DNA of 60,897 bases, the filler included, from Piptocephalis cylindrospora (lineage: Eukaryota), in assembly GCA_003614145.1 (NCBI GenBank). It is 13 parts of 13 records of this genome, joined end to end, with 100 filler letters (N's around TTAATTAATTAA, not from the genome) between each part and the next. Parts side by side here need not be neighbours in the genome. Positions count along the whole stretch, not along the records: positions 9,453 to 14,076 come from KZ988498.1; positions 14,177 to 18,790 come from KZ988499.1; positions 18,891 to 23,496 come from KZ988500.1; positions 23,597 to 28,191 come from KZ988501.1; 9 more parts are not named here. One strand, given 5' to 3'. The notes beneath the pieces are model-generated. The model worked only from the letters and a program-made list of their open reading frames with translations. It had not been told where the DNA came from and did not search any database. The translations under genes and the position numbers were made by a program. This document shows, one piece after another, positions 13,146 through 25,930 of this stretch (positions are counted from its first letter, which is position 1; each line of letters opens with the position of its first letter).

Positions 13146-14197
13146 CTGCGTTGGGCGGAGGAGGGGGACTGAAGGGGCATCAAAAAAGGGGGGTAGGTTT
13201 TTTAGGCCTTTGTCAGAAAATGAAGATGGGGCAGGGGCGAGAGAAGAGAGAGGGTACACAGACACACACATACAGGCTTACTTTTACTATGGCGTGCAGG
13301 AGCTTGGGAGCCAGGAGAGGGCAGATGGAGAGGTAGGCGGGGGGAGGGGAGGATGACAGGGAGAAAAAGGCTGGAGGATGGAGGTGAGGCCGATGACAAA
13401 CGACAGACAGCAAGGGCAAGAAGAGTCCTAGTGGAGCGGATGAGACGATGCTCTACGCACCCTGAAGAGAAGGGGAGACGTGGGGATAGGGACAGGGACA
13501 GAGTGATGATGACGCACACAGGATACTGCTGGTCAGTGGAGATGAGGGGAAAGGGACCAATGACAGGTGAAAGGTTATGTGTGGAAATGAATGGAATGTC
13601 CTGATTGGATGGCTGGGATGGAAAGTCGGGATTCTTTTTTTAGGATTGAGAGGATGAAGGGAATTTAAGACAGATTATGAGAGTCCAAAATGAGGTAGAG
13701 AGGCATTCAAAGTGATAGGGGAAGGAAGGATGAAGAGGAGGGGACCCAGAGAAGAATGGGGATGGTGTGAGTGGCTTGGGAGGGACGGGAGGAGCAAGGC
13801 TACAGGAAGTATGAGGATGAAGGGGGGAGAGTGCGTCCCACGAGGCAAGGCAAGGGTGAGATGTAGGTAGATAGGTAGGTAGGATCGGTCTGCAAGGATG
13901 CACAAGCAAGGCGAAGGTGCAGTTGAACGAGGGGATGAGAGTGGGGATGATGAGAGGGACGCGGGGAGGAGAGGGGATGGGGGGGGGGGGGGGGGGGGGG
14001 GGGGAAAGGGGAAAGAGGGGGAGAGGACGGCTAAGAACACAAAAGGAGAAAAAGAAGCAGGGGTAGGGGGGGGGGGNNNNNNNNNNNNNNNNNNNNNNNN
14101 NNNNNNNNNNNNNNNNNNNNTTAATTAATTAANNNNNNNNNNNNNNNNNNNNNNNNNNNNNNNNNNNNNNNNNNNNACGCACACACACACACACACA

Positions 14198-14677
14198 ATG
14201 TACTCAGCTCGCCTCTTGGTCATCCCCCTTCTCGCCCTTCTTAGTTGTACTGCTTTAGGGTTCACTAAAGCACAGGCCGACCCCCTCGAACCCAGGGACG
14301 ATATCCTAACTCCATTGGACCCAGCCCCAGCTCCATCAACGGGCTGTCCTCCCCCAGGCTCTCTGACTCTGGATAGCCCGATTCCCCCGTTCAAAGTGGG
14401 CACCACCACCCTACACTACACTTTAACCACAAACGCAGTCAGTCAGATTGCTCAGGCCCGTGTGGACCTAGGCCTCGCTGACGTGGTGTACCTTCGACCA
14501 AGCACTCAAGGTGCTGGAGAGGGCAAGGTGGATGTTGAGTTTACCGGGAAAGAATCTAACTGGGCTGGTATGACCTCCCAAGATACCGCCCAGGTCACCT
14601 TGACCCTCTTGGATTCCCGAGGGTGTAGTGTGGCCTCGGGTAAAGGTCAGACCACGGTGACCAAGATTGAGGTGTAG
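14198..14677 (+). CDS. Orphan secreted protein, 159 aa, probably beta-rich
   Basis: ATG ORF with a hydrophobic signal peptide (MYSARLLVIPLLALLSCTALG). Mature region has alternating beta-strand-like patterns and two Cys. Confidence 0.65.
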   Translation: MYSARLLVIPLLALLSCTALGFTKAQADPLEPRDDILTPLDPAPAPSTGCPPPGSLTLDSPIPPFKVGTTTLHYTLTTNAVSQIAQARVDLGLADVVYLRPSTQGAGEGKVDVEFTGKESNWAGMTSQDTAQVTLTLLDSRGCSVASGKGQTTVTKIEV

Positions 14678-14971
14678 GTGAGAGAAGTCCATTCCCTCTT
14701 TACCATCATCGTCATCAGTATTCACCAGAGAATGTGCGCATGTATCCTTTATCCTTTCCCCCTTTACTCTCCCATGTGAAGTGGAACCACCACATACACT
14801 TAAATGATCAGGAGCCTCATATGTGTCTATTCAGAACAAAGATGAAAGAATGGGGAAGAAACCATCCTCATGAGTAAAAGGCGCATACACACACGTAAGC
14901 TAATCCTGAACAGGGATGTATGTGCAGGAGGGTACAAGTATCCTCACGATCTCGGCTAAGCGCCACACTTT

Positions 14972-15286
14972 TTACTCGGAAGGGGTGTTTGCATCCTTTT
15001 GGGCCTGGCCAAGGGATTGTTGAGCCTGGCCCTCAGCCCGACCAGCATCATCTCCAATGACTCGGTTAACTCCATCCTTGACATTGCCCTTGACATCATT
15101 CTTTACGCCCTCGACGTAGCCTTGGGCCTGCGCAGCCTTATAATCGGCGTTTCCCTTGGCAATTTCTGCCTCACCTTCAGTACGCATCGTCTCGTTGCCA
15201 ATTACCCCGCCGATAGTGCTCTTGACCTGGCCCTTTGCCCAGGTGGCGTTAGCGGACATCTTGCTTTGTTCAGACTCGGCGGACAT
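14972..15286 (-). CDS. CsbD-like / Hmp1-like (mismatched base pair and cruciform DNA recognition) small stress protein
   Basis: Two CsbD-like repeats (KGQVKSTIGGVIGNETMRTEG; KGNVKDGVNRVIGDDAGRAEG), 104 aa. Confidence 0.8.
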   Translation of the reverse strand: MSAESEQSKMSANATWAKGQVKSTIGGVIGNETMRTEGEAEIAKGNADYKAAQAQGYVEGVKNDVKGNVKDGVNRVIGDDAGRAEGQAQQSLGQAQKDANTPSE

Positions 15287-16341
15287 GGTTGATGGATGTG
15301 TGGTGGTGGGTGAATGGATGATTTGATTGCTTGTGAGAGAAGAGGGAGAGATAGCAGAGTTGTGCTTAAGTTGTTGTTGAAAAGGTAAGGAGAAAAAGGC
15401 ATCAGATGGATAAAATGGATCAACTCCTCGTCTCTTTTATACATGTTGGACAAGGCGGAGGAGGCAGTGATTGAATGATATTCGTAAGTAGAAGGATGAT
15501 GTTTCAGACGAAGTACTCTCTGGGGATAGGTGCAAGGGAGCTTCATCACCACTATGAATATGGACTATGGATTTAGGGATGACGTTTACGGTAATGGTAT
15601 TACATCCCTGACGTAAAGGCGTGTGTGTGGAGAGAATATTGTCATTCTCGTACCCACATACCGATATGGAAAGTGGGCACACAACAACAGAGATCTAACT
15701 ACCGATGGGTGATGTTGGGTAAGGTGATGTCATTTCATTGCAGTGTGCACCTATCCACCCCACACACCACAATCCCCATAGTGTTCCAGGTAAGAAATGT
15801 CATCTCTTTGTAGATCAGTGTCTCGGGTAGCATCGGGTAAGACCGGGATAATCGGATGCATCTCCTGATTCCCGCCTTTCTCGCGAGGAACTAAGGAAGT
15901 TCTCCGATGCTTCTCTGGATAATCGTCATAACAATATAAATCGGTCACCAAGGTGTGGATGATCATCACGTCTCCCCCCTGCATCCTTGCACCAACAGGA
16001 GAAGGGAGATGGGATTTCCTTTCCTATTCTGGAGGCAAGAAATGGATGAGATCATCTAGCGTTCCAGGGTCCATTTCATCTGAAGATAGCGGTTAGACTA
16101 GTCCATCATAATAATAATAACAACAGCAACAAAGTAGTCCATTTCTTTTCCCTACATGTCCACAATCCATCTGGATCCTGATGGTCATGAACTTATCAGA
16201 CTAACGATCACACTCCTCCTCTCTAATGCCATACATGACCCTCACATTTTGCCACGGCCCCAGCAAGGATGCGTACACATCATCAACCCCCAAGCATGGC
16301 CCCACTCTTCTCTCACCCCACGCACACGCCTGTCATACATC

Positions 16342-17731
16342 TCACTTCCGTGCGATGGAGAAGGGTACGCGAGAAAGAACGGTACAGCCGAGGAACAAGG
16401 AGAAGATGGCCATGGCCACTACCAACGGTTTTTGAAGAAGCTGAGTCTCGGGGAAATCATAAAGGACCTCAAGAGTCTGGGCATGATCCTCGACCACATG
16501 AGTGGCGCGGAGCCAGATCGTCGGTCTACCGGTCGAGTCCAAATACGTCGAGTGGCTGTCTCTCTGCACGTCTACACCATGGAAGGGGACGTTGATCCGA
16601 ATGTTCGATGCTCCCTCAGGGAGTACAATCCGCACCTCGGCCTCATCCACCGTCCATTGCGAGTGGGGTTCCACAAAGTTGACCCTCAGAGCATAGGACC
16701 CCTCAGAGACTCGACGCACCACCGTAGACAAAGGCGTATTGTACCCATAGTACCATTGGTACTTCCAGCCCCCGAACAAGGGGAACCGGGGTCGTAGCTC
16801 CATGACCTGGGTCTGCGTTGAACCGCCGAGCAGGCGAGAAGTCGACACATTGCCAATCGCATCTCGGTAATAGATGTCCCGGGCCATCGCAGGCAATAGT
16901 ACAGGCACAGACAGGACAGCTGCGGTCTGAGGGATCGTAGCCGCCGACCTTTGAAAGTCTAGACGGGAGAATTGTCCATCGATCGCCGCCCCATCATGTC
17001 GTAAATCCACATGCTCCTCCACCGCCAAATTCCCCCCCCCAGTGCGACACTTCCAACTCCCGCCTCAGTCGTTCCACCGTCAGGGGAGGTAGGGTATGGG
17101 TATAATGGACGCGTAGAGCCCGATTCCCTCCCTCTAATGCCTCTGTCTCCTCATATGGACCATATGTGACCTCATTTCCCTTAAGCTGAACTGGAGAGGG
17201 GCCCTCGGAATACGATTCAACCTGCACATTCGGGAGTACCACCACTGTTTTTTGCTTATCTGTCCTATACGGAGAGGGAAAGAGAACCGAGCCATCCTCG
17301 TACACCAGCTTCTGAGGCTGGATCTGATCCTGCCGAGCCGGGAGAGGCTTTATTGCGTGCACCACCGACATATCCACCGTCAGCTTGATCGACTCACCCG
17401 GACCAAGCGGGGGGCTTAGCTGAACGCGCCACTCTTTCCCTCCCTTCTTGCCACCCTCTGTCAGGGATAGAAGCTCCTCAGTTTTCCGGTCCTTGACCGA
17501 TATGTACGCCACAGGGAAGGATGAATCACTTTGAATCACATACTCTGATTCGGTCTTCTCTCCGTCATTCTCCACAAGCAGTCCTGTAGATAGCTTGACC
17601 ATGGCGCCCTGCAGGTTCACTCGTCGAATCACATTCCGGTTCACCAGTGCCCCCTCAGCCAGGGACGCCAGGAGGAGAGCAGCCGTTACCGTCAGAGTGA
17701 CCATGCACCCGGTAAAGGAGACAGTTTGCAT
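16342..17731 (-). CDS. OST1: Oligosaccharyltransferase subunit 1 (ribophorin I), with an apparent 1-nt insertion in a G9 run at 17032-17040
   Basis: Signal peptide, SPYRTDKQKT, TYGPY, REL-EVSHWG[G]NLAVEE across the frame break, YYRDAIGNVSTS, RPRFPLFGGWK, TYLDSTGR and a C-terminal TM helix. Confidence 0.92.
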
Positions 17732-19899
17732 GATGGATGCTGAAGTAGATGATCCGAAGAACTAGAGGGGAGAAGACACAACAATAACAATGACTGAGGT
17801 GGTCAAACGCGGTAAAGAAATGCGTTTCACGAATGGTTTGCTTTACTTTTTGCGGATGATCAAAGCGAGGATGGATGAGGGCAAGTGGAGGGATGAGCAG
17901 ATGGATGAGCGGATGGATGGATGGATGGATAGATGGGTAGACGGAGAGATAGATGGTTTACAGAAGATGAGGCTGGGAATGGATGCGCCAACCCTTCCCA
18001 TTCCTGTGGGAGATAAAGGAGGGCGGAGCGTGGGGAATGTGGCGGAGTTCCCTACCACCACCCAGGTGAGCTCTCCACTTGGCACAGAATACAGAGATGA
18101 GAGGTCCACCCATACACTTTACCAATACTTTATCCATGCTCAAGGTCCGGGGAGGTGGGATCAGTTAACCACGCTCAAATCCACTAATCTGTTACTCTAA
18201 ATCATGTCGATAAATCTAGTAATCTAGTAAGCGTTGGGCCAGCTGTCCATGGCATTACCTACTACTAGGTTCCAGGTTATTATTAAGGGCAGAGAGAGTA
18301 AACTACTACTCACCAAACCCTTAGGCATCTTCAGTAAAAAAATATTTTCCTTCTAAAGCGCCCTCGCCCTCCTTCATTCCGCCCTCCATCCACTTGGATC
18401 ACCCCATAAAATACCTCCACCCCTCACATTTCAGTCGTCTATAAACTCACGTAATCCTTCTTGGAAGGATCAACCTGCTGATTCAGGGATTGACCCAACG
18501 CCTGGGCCTCCCCTTCCTTCTCCTTAAGTCGCTGTTCATACCGCTGCCGACGATGAACTCCCCGGTACAATTTCCAATGCATCCGAGGTGCTGCCCCAGC
18601 CAAAGGAGACTGACCAGGCCTCCATGGACATGCCTCTGGAGGAGGCGGTGGACCTTGGTTTGATCTCGCAAGAGATGGCAGATGCCATGCAATCGTCCAA
18701 GGGAGCCGAAGCGGACAAGACCTTCCGACCGGATGTGATGGTAGTGTTGAATCCTCTGGAAAACGTGTGCGGGTGCGCTAAACCCACCACNNNNNNNNNN
18801 NNNNNNNNNNNNNNNNNNNNNNNNNNNNNNNNNNTTAATTAATTAANNNNNNNNNNNNNNNNNNNNNNNNNNNNNNNNNNNNNNNNNNNNAAAACCCCCC
18901 CCCAACACACACACGAGAAGCCCCACGTTCCTCCCGAGAGGCTGTGTGAGGGGGGGGGAGGGAGGGCGTCTCTGAACATGGAATACGAGCGTGATCGTGG
19001 GTGTTAAAGGGGGGGGGGGAGGAGGTTGATATAGAATCTCTGGGTGATCAGAGATGTGATGAGAGAGATGAATAGAAGTAGGAAGAGCGATTAGAGAAAT
19101 GTAGATCAGGGAAGAAAAAGAGAGCAGAATGAATACCTGTGCCAGACCCTTTCCTTTCCCTCCAGAGAGATAGATAGGGAAACCAGGTGTAATGTCAACT
19201 GTGACGACCTATTTATTTCTCCTGCGGAGAGCATTTTTGAGATTGTAAGCCAGCCATGTTTATTTGCTCTCTATTTCCTACTGTATCTGAAAGAATATTA
19301 GCTTCTAACTCAAGTGTTCCCGTGTTTTCACCCATCCACCTCCTCTACTTGGTGCTTACGACACTTGATAGAAAGTGTTTAAAGATATTTCCGTTCGCTC
19401 AACAACTCACCGATTGACCGCACATAAAATGCCGCTTCGTCAATGAAGGCTTGGTCCTGAGTAGTATGTCAAGAGTTCTAGCGTCGGGGGTTTAAACCAT
19501 GCCCTTTCCCTTCAGATTATACCTTAGGGTTGTGACGACTGGTTATAAAGGGTCTGGGCGGGTCGACTAGCCTCAGTGAGCTCTCCTCCCTTTTCTTACT
19601 TCCTTTCTCTTCCGCTTACATCTCTTTCGGCACGCACCATATTCTTTTTGATGAACATCACACTCATCCCCATCATCTAAAAGACCAAATTTTGGCTGTT
19701 GAGGCCCCTCTTTAATGTAAATATCTTCTTTCTCGATTCTCCCCAACCTCAAAACCAACAATTATGTGCCTTTTTCCCTCTTGCTTCTCCTCTCACCGTC
19801 TACTGATGAGGAGAGAGCTATTAGTTTTTTCCCCAGAAAAATAGCCAACTTTTTTCATTCAATGGTATAGATTATTCTGCCTACCTCCAACCCAACCTT

Positions 19900-21600
19900 A
19901 AAAAGGATTTAGTGAGAACGATCCCTATCCATCCTCAGCCCAGTGCATTTGGCGATTACGGTTGGGATCAAATGAAAGCATGGGCGAAAATTTCATGCTA
20001 TATCTTGTTTAAGCCAAATCCTCTCTGTGACTTTGGAAGATTATTCTATGTCCGATATAACAATTATTGTATCCTTCATTGGCACCATAAGGATCATTAA
20101 TTAAAGGAAAATGGCCTCCTCAAAGCTTTTAAAGGTGGTGAAATTATTGGCCCTGGTTCTTTTGGTAATGCATTATATGATTTCTGATACGAATCCTCGG
20201 ATAAATGGTTTTTTTACCTGATAAAATTGTCCTTAGGAAATGTCCAAAAAGGGATGAGCAGCCTTTTCCGACGGAAAATGTTCCGTTTCTCTATCGCGAG
20301 GCCGTAATCACGACTGCTGACCATCCAGCTACTCCAAAAGGGATGATCCATCCCGTTGATATCTGCCTAGATGCTTCAGATCACAGAACTCATGAAAGCT
20401 GATGGAAGCGTTTTGCAGTCGCTCAAGAGTTCAAAGATCCTCAGCAAGCTACGTCAGGCTGACGTAATTATCAATAATCTCATCCCTGAAATTATTATCA
20501 GAAAGATATAAGGGCTCATTAGGGCCATCGACCTTATAGGTAGGGCTAATATTATTCACCAGGATATAAGCAATACTTTCCTCTACTTTTGCTCCGATGG
20601 TCCCTGTCGCGTCGTAATTGCCGGTTTTTGGCATGGCCACCCTTGCGAATGTCGAGTTGATGATGTTAAATTTTGTGGGAACCCAAAGAAGATTCCTCTT
20701 ATACTTGCTCGATGAAAAGGGTAAGGATCTTGCCCATCAGAGGACACCAGATGTGCTTGCCATCATAGCGCCCATTCATCAAGTTTGTTTCCTACCGAGG
20801 GAACGCAAAAACCTTGTATTTCTTCGGAAGGAGTATATCGCTCCCATGCCTGTTCTAGATCTCCAAGACCCTCGACGAAAATGGAGTAAAGGCGCCTTTG
20901 TCGTGGGCCTTATTTCTCCTCCGTTCAGCGTCATTTTTGAAGTGCTCCTTCGTGAAATATTTTGGGAACTTGATCCAAAGACCATGGATGAACTCAACTT
21001 TCTTCTTTATCTCTGGATTCATGCTTCGTTGCAAAAGGGTTGGAACAGCTCCCTCTTTTAACAAATGAATGACGCACGCCAGTTTTGATCGCCTTGTCTA
21101 ATATACGAGGAGGGTATCCCCCCTCCCTCCTCCAGGTTAATATGATGCATGTTTTTGGCTGTGCGGGTCCGGTTCCTTTTTAGCTTCTCCTTTAAATCGC
21201 GTGCCTTCGTAATCATCCTATATTGTTTATGAGTCCATGTCCAATTTAAATGCATCGACTTTACTCACCACGGCCATGAACCAGCCTGATTGGCCAATTG
21301 TCTGATCTAACAAGCAGTGCGGCCTTAAAGAGGCAACATGCGATGATGTTCTTAAGATAAATCTTAGATTTCCTGTAAAATTGAGATGCTTGACGGCGAT
21401 GATTAGGGTTGAGGTTCTTCCCAGTAGATAACCTTCAATGAGTTTATGGGAGACCCAATCCTTTTCCTTTCGTGAATCATTTCTCTTATGTCCAAGGCAT
21501 CCTAAAGAGGAATGTAGGAGGGGTCGAAGGATCTGCCATAGAAAACGGATTGACGAACTCATACATTTAAACTTTTAAGATATGCCTACCAACACTTTTC
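19900..21600 (-). pseudogene. Possible decayed coding sequence in an AT-rich block
   Basis: Chain of short minus-strand protein-like fragments (21227-21562, 21058-21255, 20855-21064, 20449-20640) separated by stops or frame changes. Lower GC than the flanks. No family recognised. Confidence 0.3.
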
Positions 21601-21886
21601 ATGTGAGGCAACTGATAGTGTTTTCCAATACATTTTTGCCATCTATCATCTGACACGTAAACAAAGATCATGTACTGTAATTTTCCCCAATACATTTCGC
21701 TGTTTACTGCTAAACGTCATAATACTGCCGACTATAAGCGTGAATGTCATTTAAAGTGTGACATGTCCCAGCACGCGTGAGTCTCAAACGTCTCAGGGTT
21801 CTCTCTCCTTCCCCAGACGCACCTATCCCTCCTTTGCAAGATACGCCTATTCCTCTTTCCCAAGACCTTACCTACCTTCCCCATTC

Positions 21887-23293
21887 ATGCTGGTTGACCT
21901 CCCTACAGAGATCCTCCAGGGGATCTTGGCCCTGTTGGAAATTCGCGACCTGTTGGTCATGGCCAGGACAGGTAAGCGGTTCCGAGAGCTCGTAGAGTAT
22001 TGGGTGCAGCAAGGACATATCCCCCTTCGAGCTCCTTTCTCTTCAGAAGAGCAGCCGGCCACACAGTTCCAGTACCAACGCTTTCCCTGGATCCTGGCTC
22101 GATTGAAGCCGCCAAGGCTTCTCCTAAGGGACGGGACTTTCCTCGATCACCTTCCCACCTCAGCCTTTTTCCCTAGGGCCACCCTCGCAGAGACCTTCCC
22201 GCCTCTCCGAACCTTCCAGGCCACGCATCCCAAATATGTCCTTGGAGCCTATAGAAACCGCACTACTCTCCAACGTCCCCCGGCGCGTTTATGGGCCTAT
22301 CTGGAGGGCTCGGGCACCCAGGAAATGTATCACTTTATTCTGGAAGGCTGGGATCTCGCTGACGCTCCATTTGTCTTTAAGGAAAAGCACTCTAGGCGAT
22401 ATCCCCTGGAGACACTCTCGTTATGTGGCTGTAATCTCCCTCCTTACCTTTTACTCGACTTTCTCGCTCATCATGGCAGGGATCTACGCCATCTCTACCT
22501 AGCTGATTGCTGGATCCCTCCGTCGACTCCCTCCGTCGCTGCTGCTCAAGCAGCCATTGCTTCTATTCTTCTTCAACCCCAGATTTCTGGAACCCTACGT
22601 ACCCTGTGGCTGGACCCTTGCACTTTTAGATTCCCGAATGGCCGGCTGGATGCTATCATAAGCCGGTGCCAAAATCTTCATGAATTACGACTAGGTCGCT
22701 TGAATGGGGAAAATCCTTGGGACGTCATTCAATTAGCCACCCAGGCTACAAGGGATCTGAAGATCTTGAGACTCCTGACTAATCGACATGCCTTTACCAT
22801 TTTTCCCACCGGCCGTACCCCTTTGTGGGGGTTTTGTCTGATGGTCCTGGAAGATTGGTTTAGGTTCCTTGGTGCTCTCCAGGACCACTTTACCTCCTTA
22901 TCCACCCTCCATCTGGGCATGCTATCACTCCCGGCGGCCCACGCCCTCATGCGTGCCCTAACTCCCACAGAACAGTTTGCCTTTGGTCCCTTGGATCACC
23001 TTGGTATTTTCGGGATCAACCAGGTCTCCGAGATGCCCGGGGTCGAGGATGTACGGGAATGGGGCAGGTACATGGCCCAGTCTTCCGTCCGGACTATTAC
23101 CCTTACTGATCTTCCCTGGTTGGATGAGGTCTTGCTGCGGCAGTGGGCCAAGGATCTGATTAAGGTACCTTCCACCCTACGCCATCTTCGGCTCTTTGGC
23201 ACGTCCGTCCTGCCTGAGAAGATCCAATCCTCCTTTTGGTCCACCTTACCTGTTCAAGTAATAATCTGTGATGCTGATCCCATCAAGAATTAA
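21887..23293 (+). CDS. F-box / leucine-rich-repeat-like protein
   Basis: N-terminal F-box LVDLPTEILQGILALLEIRDLLVMARTGKRFRELV. Repeated LxxLxL units (LETLSLCGC, LRHLYLADC, LRTLWL, LHELRL, LRHLRLFGT). First ATG is at 21887. Confidence 0.8.
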   Translation: MLVDLPTEILQGILALLEIRDLLVMARTGKRFRELVEYWVQQGHIPLRAPFSSEEQPATQFQYQRFPWILARLKPPRLLLRDGTFLDHLPTSAFFPRATLAETFPPLRTFQATHPKYVLGAYRNRTTLQRPPARLWAYLEGSGTQEMYHFILEGWDLADAPFVFKEKHSRRYPLETLSLCGCNLPPYLLLDFLAHHGRDLRHLYLADCWIPPSTPSVAAAQAAIASILLQPQISGTLRTLWLDPCTFRFPNGRLDAIISRCQNLHELRLGRLNGENPWDVIQLATQATRDLKILRLLTNRHAFTIFPTGRTPLWGFCLMVLEDWFRFLGALQDHFTSLSTLHLGMLSLPAAHALMRALTPTEQFAFGPLDHLGIFGINQVSEMPGVEDVREWGRYMAQSSVRTITLTDLPWLDEVLLRQWAKDLIKVPSTLRHLRLFGTSVLPEKIQSSFWSTLPVQVIICDADPIKN

Positions 23294-24178
23294 TACTTTT
23301 TGTCTTGTTTTGTCTTTGGCAGGTGGGACGTCTCTTGTATGGAGGAATATCATGTATTTCTTTTACCCTCTATCCTTTCGACGAAGCCCTCTTCCAGAGG
23401 ATGGAGCCCGGATGATGGTGGATCCTCCCGATATATCCTCCCTTGATCCTTCTGACCCTGTGGTTAGGTCCATGGGAGAATGGATCCGAGGGGTCCNNNN
23501 NNNNNNNNNNNNNNNNNNNNNNNNNNNNNNNNNNNNNNNNTTAATTAATTAANNNNNNNNNNNNNNNNNNNNNNNNNNNNNNNNNNNNNNNNNNNNGACC
23601 TTGTCGGGGGGGGAAATGAGGGATGAGGAGGATGGTCCCTTCCCCGGGGGGAAGATCTAGGGCCGGGAGTGTCCGGAAGGACGCGAGAAAGGGGGAAAGA
23701 GGGTCATGCACGCATCCTTCCCATCCCACCCGTCCAGGGTCGAGCGGTATTGGCGGGCGCTATGGGGTAGACGGGGAAGAGGGCTCTAGCTCCCGCTCTT
23801 CTTTCCGGCATCAGCGACTACCAGAGTCTCCATCTTCCCTCCTCCCCTGGATGAAGATGGTGAGTCGTGGTGACGGGATCAGTCTTTCTTTCCACGTACA
23901 CACACACATACGCAACACACACAAAGAGGTCGACCTCATCCCCTCCTCATCTCCATGCTCGTGAGAGCTTCCATGCACATCTATAGACCATCCCTCCCAT
24001 GAGGAAGAGAGGAGGGGGCAGGTGTGGTGGAAAAGGTATAAAAGGTCCATTTTCCTCCCCTCCCCCTCCTATTCTGTCTCATTTCTACTCTTTCATCCTT
24101 TTCTTTTTGTTGCTCCTCATCCTATCCCATCTCATCCCATCTCATCTTCCTGTTCACACTCACCCATCATCTGCAAAA

Positions 24179-25930
24179 ATGACCTTTACCACCCATGTTC
24201 CCGGAGTCACCGTCCTGGCCCAGGTCCCCCAGACTGCCGAGTCCATCCTGACCCCCGAGGCCATCTCCTTCCTGGCCCTCCTTCATCGCACCTTTGAGCC
24301 CACCCGTCAGACCCTCCTGCACGCCCGTGTTCAGAGGCAGGCTGCCCTGGATGCCGGGGAGATCCCCGATTTTCTCCCCCATACCGCCCATATCCGTGAG
24401 GACCCCACCTGGCAGGGTGCTCCTCCAGCTCCCGGACTCGTGGACCGTCGGGTCGAAATCACCGGTCCCGTCGACCGCAAGATGGTCATCAACGCCCTCA
24501 ACTGTGGAGCCCTGACTTTCATGGCTGATTTCGAGGATTCCTCGTCCCCCACCTGGTCCAACATGCTCAATGGCCAGGTCAACCTTCGTGATGCCGTTCG
24601 GAGGAACATTAGCTTCAAGGGCCCCAATGGAAAGCAGTACAAGCTCAAGTCCTCGGGCCCCATTGCCACCTTGATTGTTCGGTAAATGAGGGATCTAGGC
24701 CTTGTTAGAGTGACTATTACAGGGAGGGCTCCAGTCCATGTTCATCTCATCTCATCCCACCTTCCCTCCTCCCCCCCCCTCCTCATCAGCCCCCGTGGTT
24801 GGCACATGGATGAGGCCCACTTTCTTGTGGACGGAAAGCCCATCTCGGCCTCCCTCTTTGACTTTGGTTTGTACTTCTTCCACAACGCTCGTGCCTCCCT
24901 AGACGCCGGGTTTGGCCCGTACTTTTACCTCCCCAAGATGGAGTCTCATCTAGAGGCTAGGCTGTGGAATGATGCCTTTTGCTTGGCCCAGGATACTCTA
25001 TCCATTCCCAGGGGTACCATCCGTGGTACCGTCCTTATTGAGACTATCCTCGCCGCCCTCGAGATGGACGAGATCATCTGGGAGCTCCGTCAGCACTCCT
25101 CGGGCCTCAACTGCGGTCGGTGGGATTACATCTTCTCCGTCATCAAAAAGTTCCGTGCCCGCCCCGAGTACGTTCTCCCCGACCGCAAGGACGTCACCAT
25201 GGCCACTCCCTTCATGGCTTCCTACGTCAATCTCCTCATCCGTACCTGCCATCGTCGGGGCGTCCACGCCATGGGTGGGATGGCCGCCCAGATCCCCATC
25301 AAGAATGATGCCAAGGCCAATGCCGAGGCCCTTGACAAGGTCCGCAAGGACAAGGAGCGGGAGGCTAGGGCCGGCCACGACGGTACCTGGGTCGCTCACC
25401 CCGACTTGGTACCCATTGCCAAGGACATTTTTGACCAGGTCATGCCCGCCGCTCACCAGCTTCACATCCGTAGGGAGGACGTGACCGTCCGCTCCCTCGA
25501 CCTCCTTAGCACCCACACGGAAGGATCCATCACCGAGGCTGGAGTCCGGGCTAACACCAGTGTCGGTCTTACCTACATGGAGAGCTGGCTTCAGGGTGCC
25601 GGGTGCGTCCCCATCCACCATCTCATGGAGGATGCTGCCACTGCCGAAATCTCCCGGAGCCAGTTGTGGCAATGGGTCAAGCACGGCTCCCGCACCGCCG
25701 AGGGTCGTCAGATCACCAAGGCTTGGGTCGAGCAGATTCTCGAGGAGGAGACCGACAAGATCAAGAAATCTCTTGGGGCCGATCGCTTCTCCGCCGGTCG
25801 ATGGGAGAGAGCTCGGGAGTACATGCGTGGTTGCATCGGCGGGGAAGCTTACCCCGAGTTCCTCACCACCCTGTGCTACCCCGACCTCTGTGAGCCTGTT
25901 GCCTCCGCCCAGGGACGATCTCGTCTCTAA
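24179..25930 (+). CDS. MLS1: Malate synthase (glyoxysomal); join(24179..24681,24790..25930)
   Basis: [23 protein letters not shown] across the intron, [29 protein letters not shown] and [13 protein letters not shown]-terminal PTS1 SRL. 548 codons. Confidence 0.97.

Noticed and set aside
18483..18790. Protein-like plus-strand frame at the contig end
   Set aside because: No credible start or splice model and no recognisable motif; cannot be supported.
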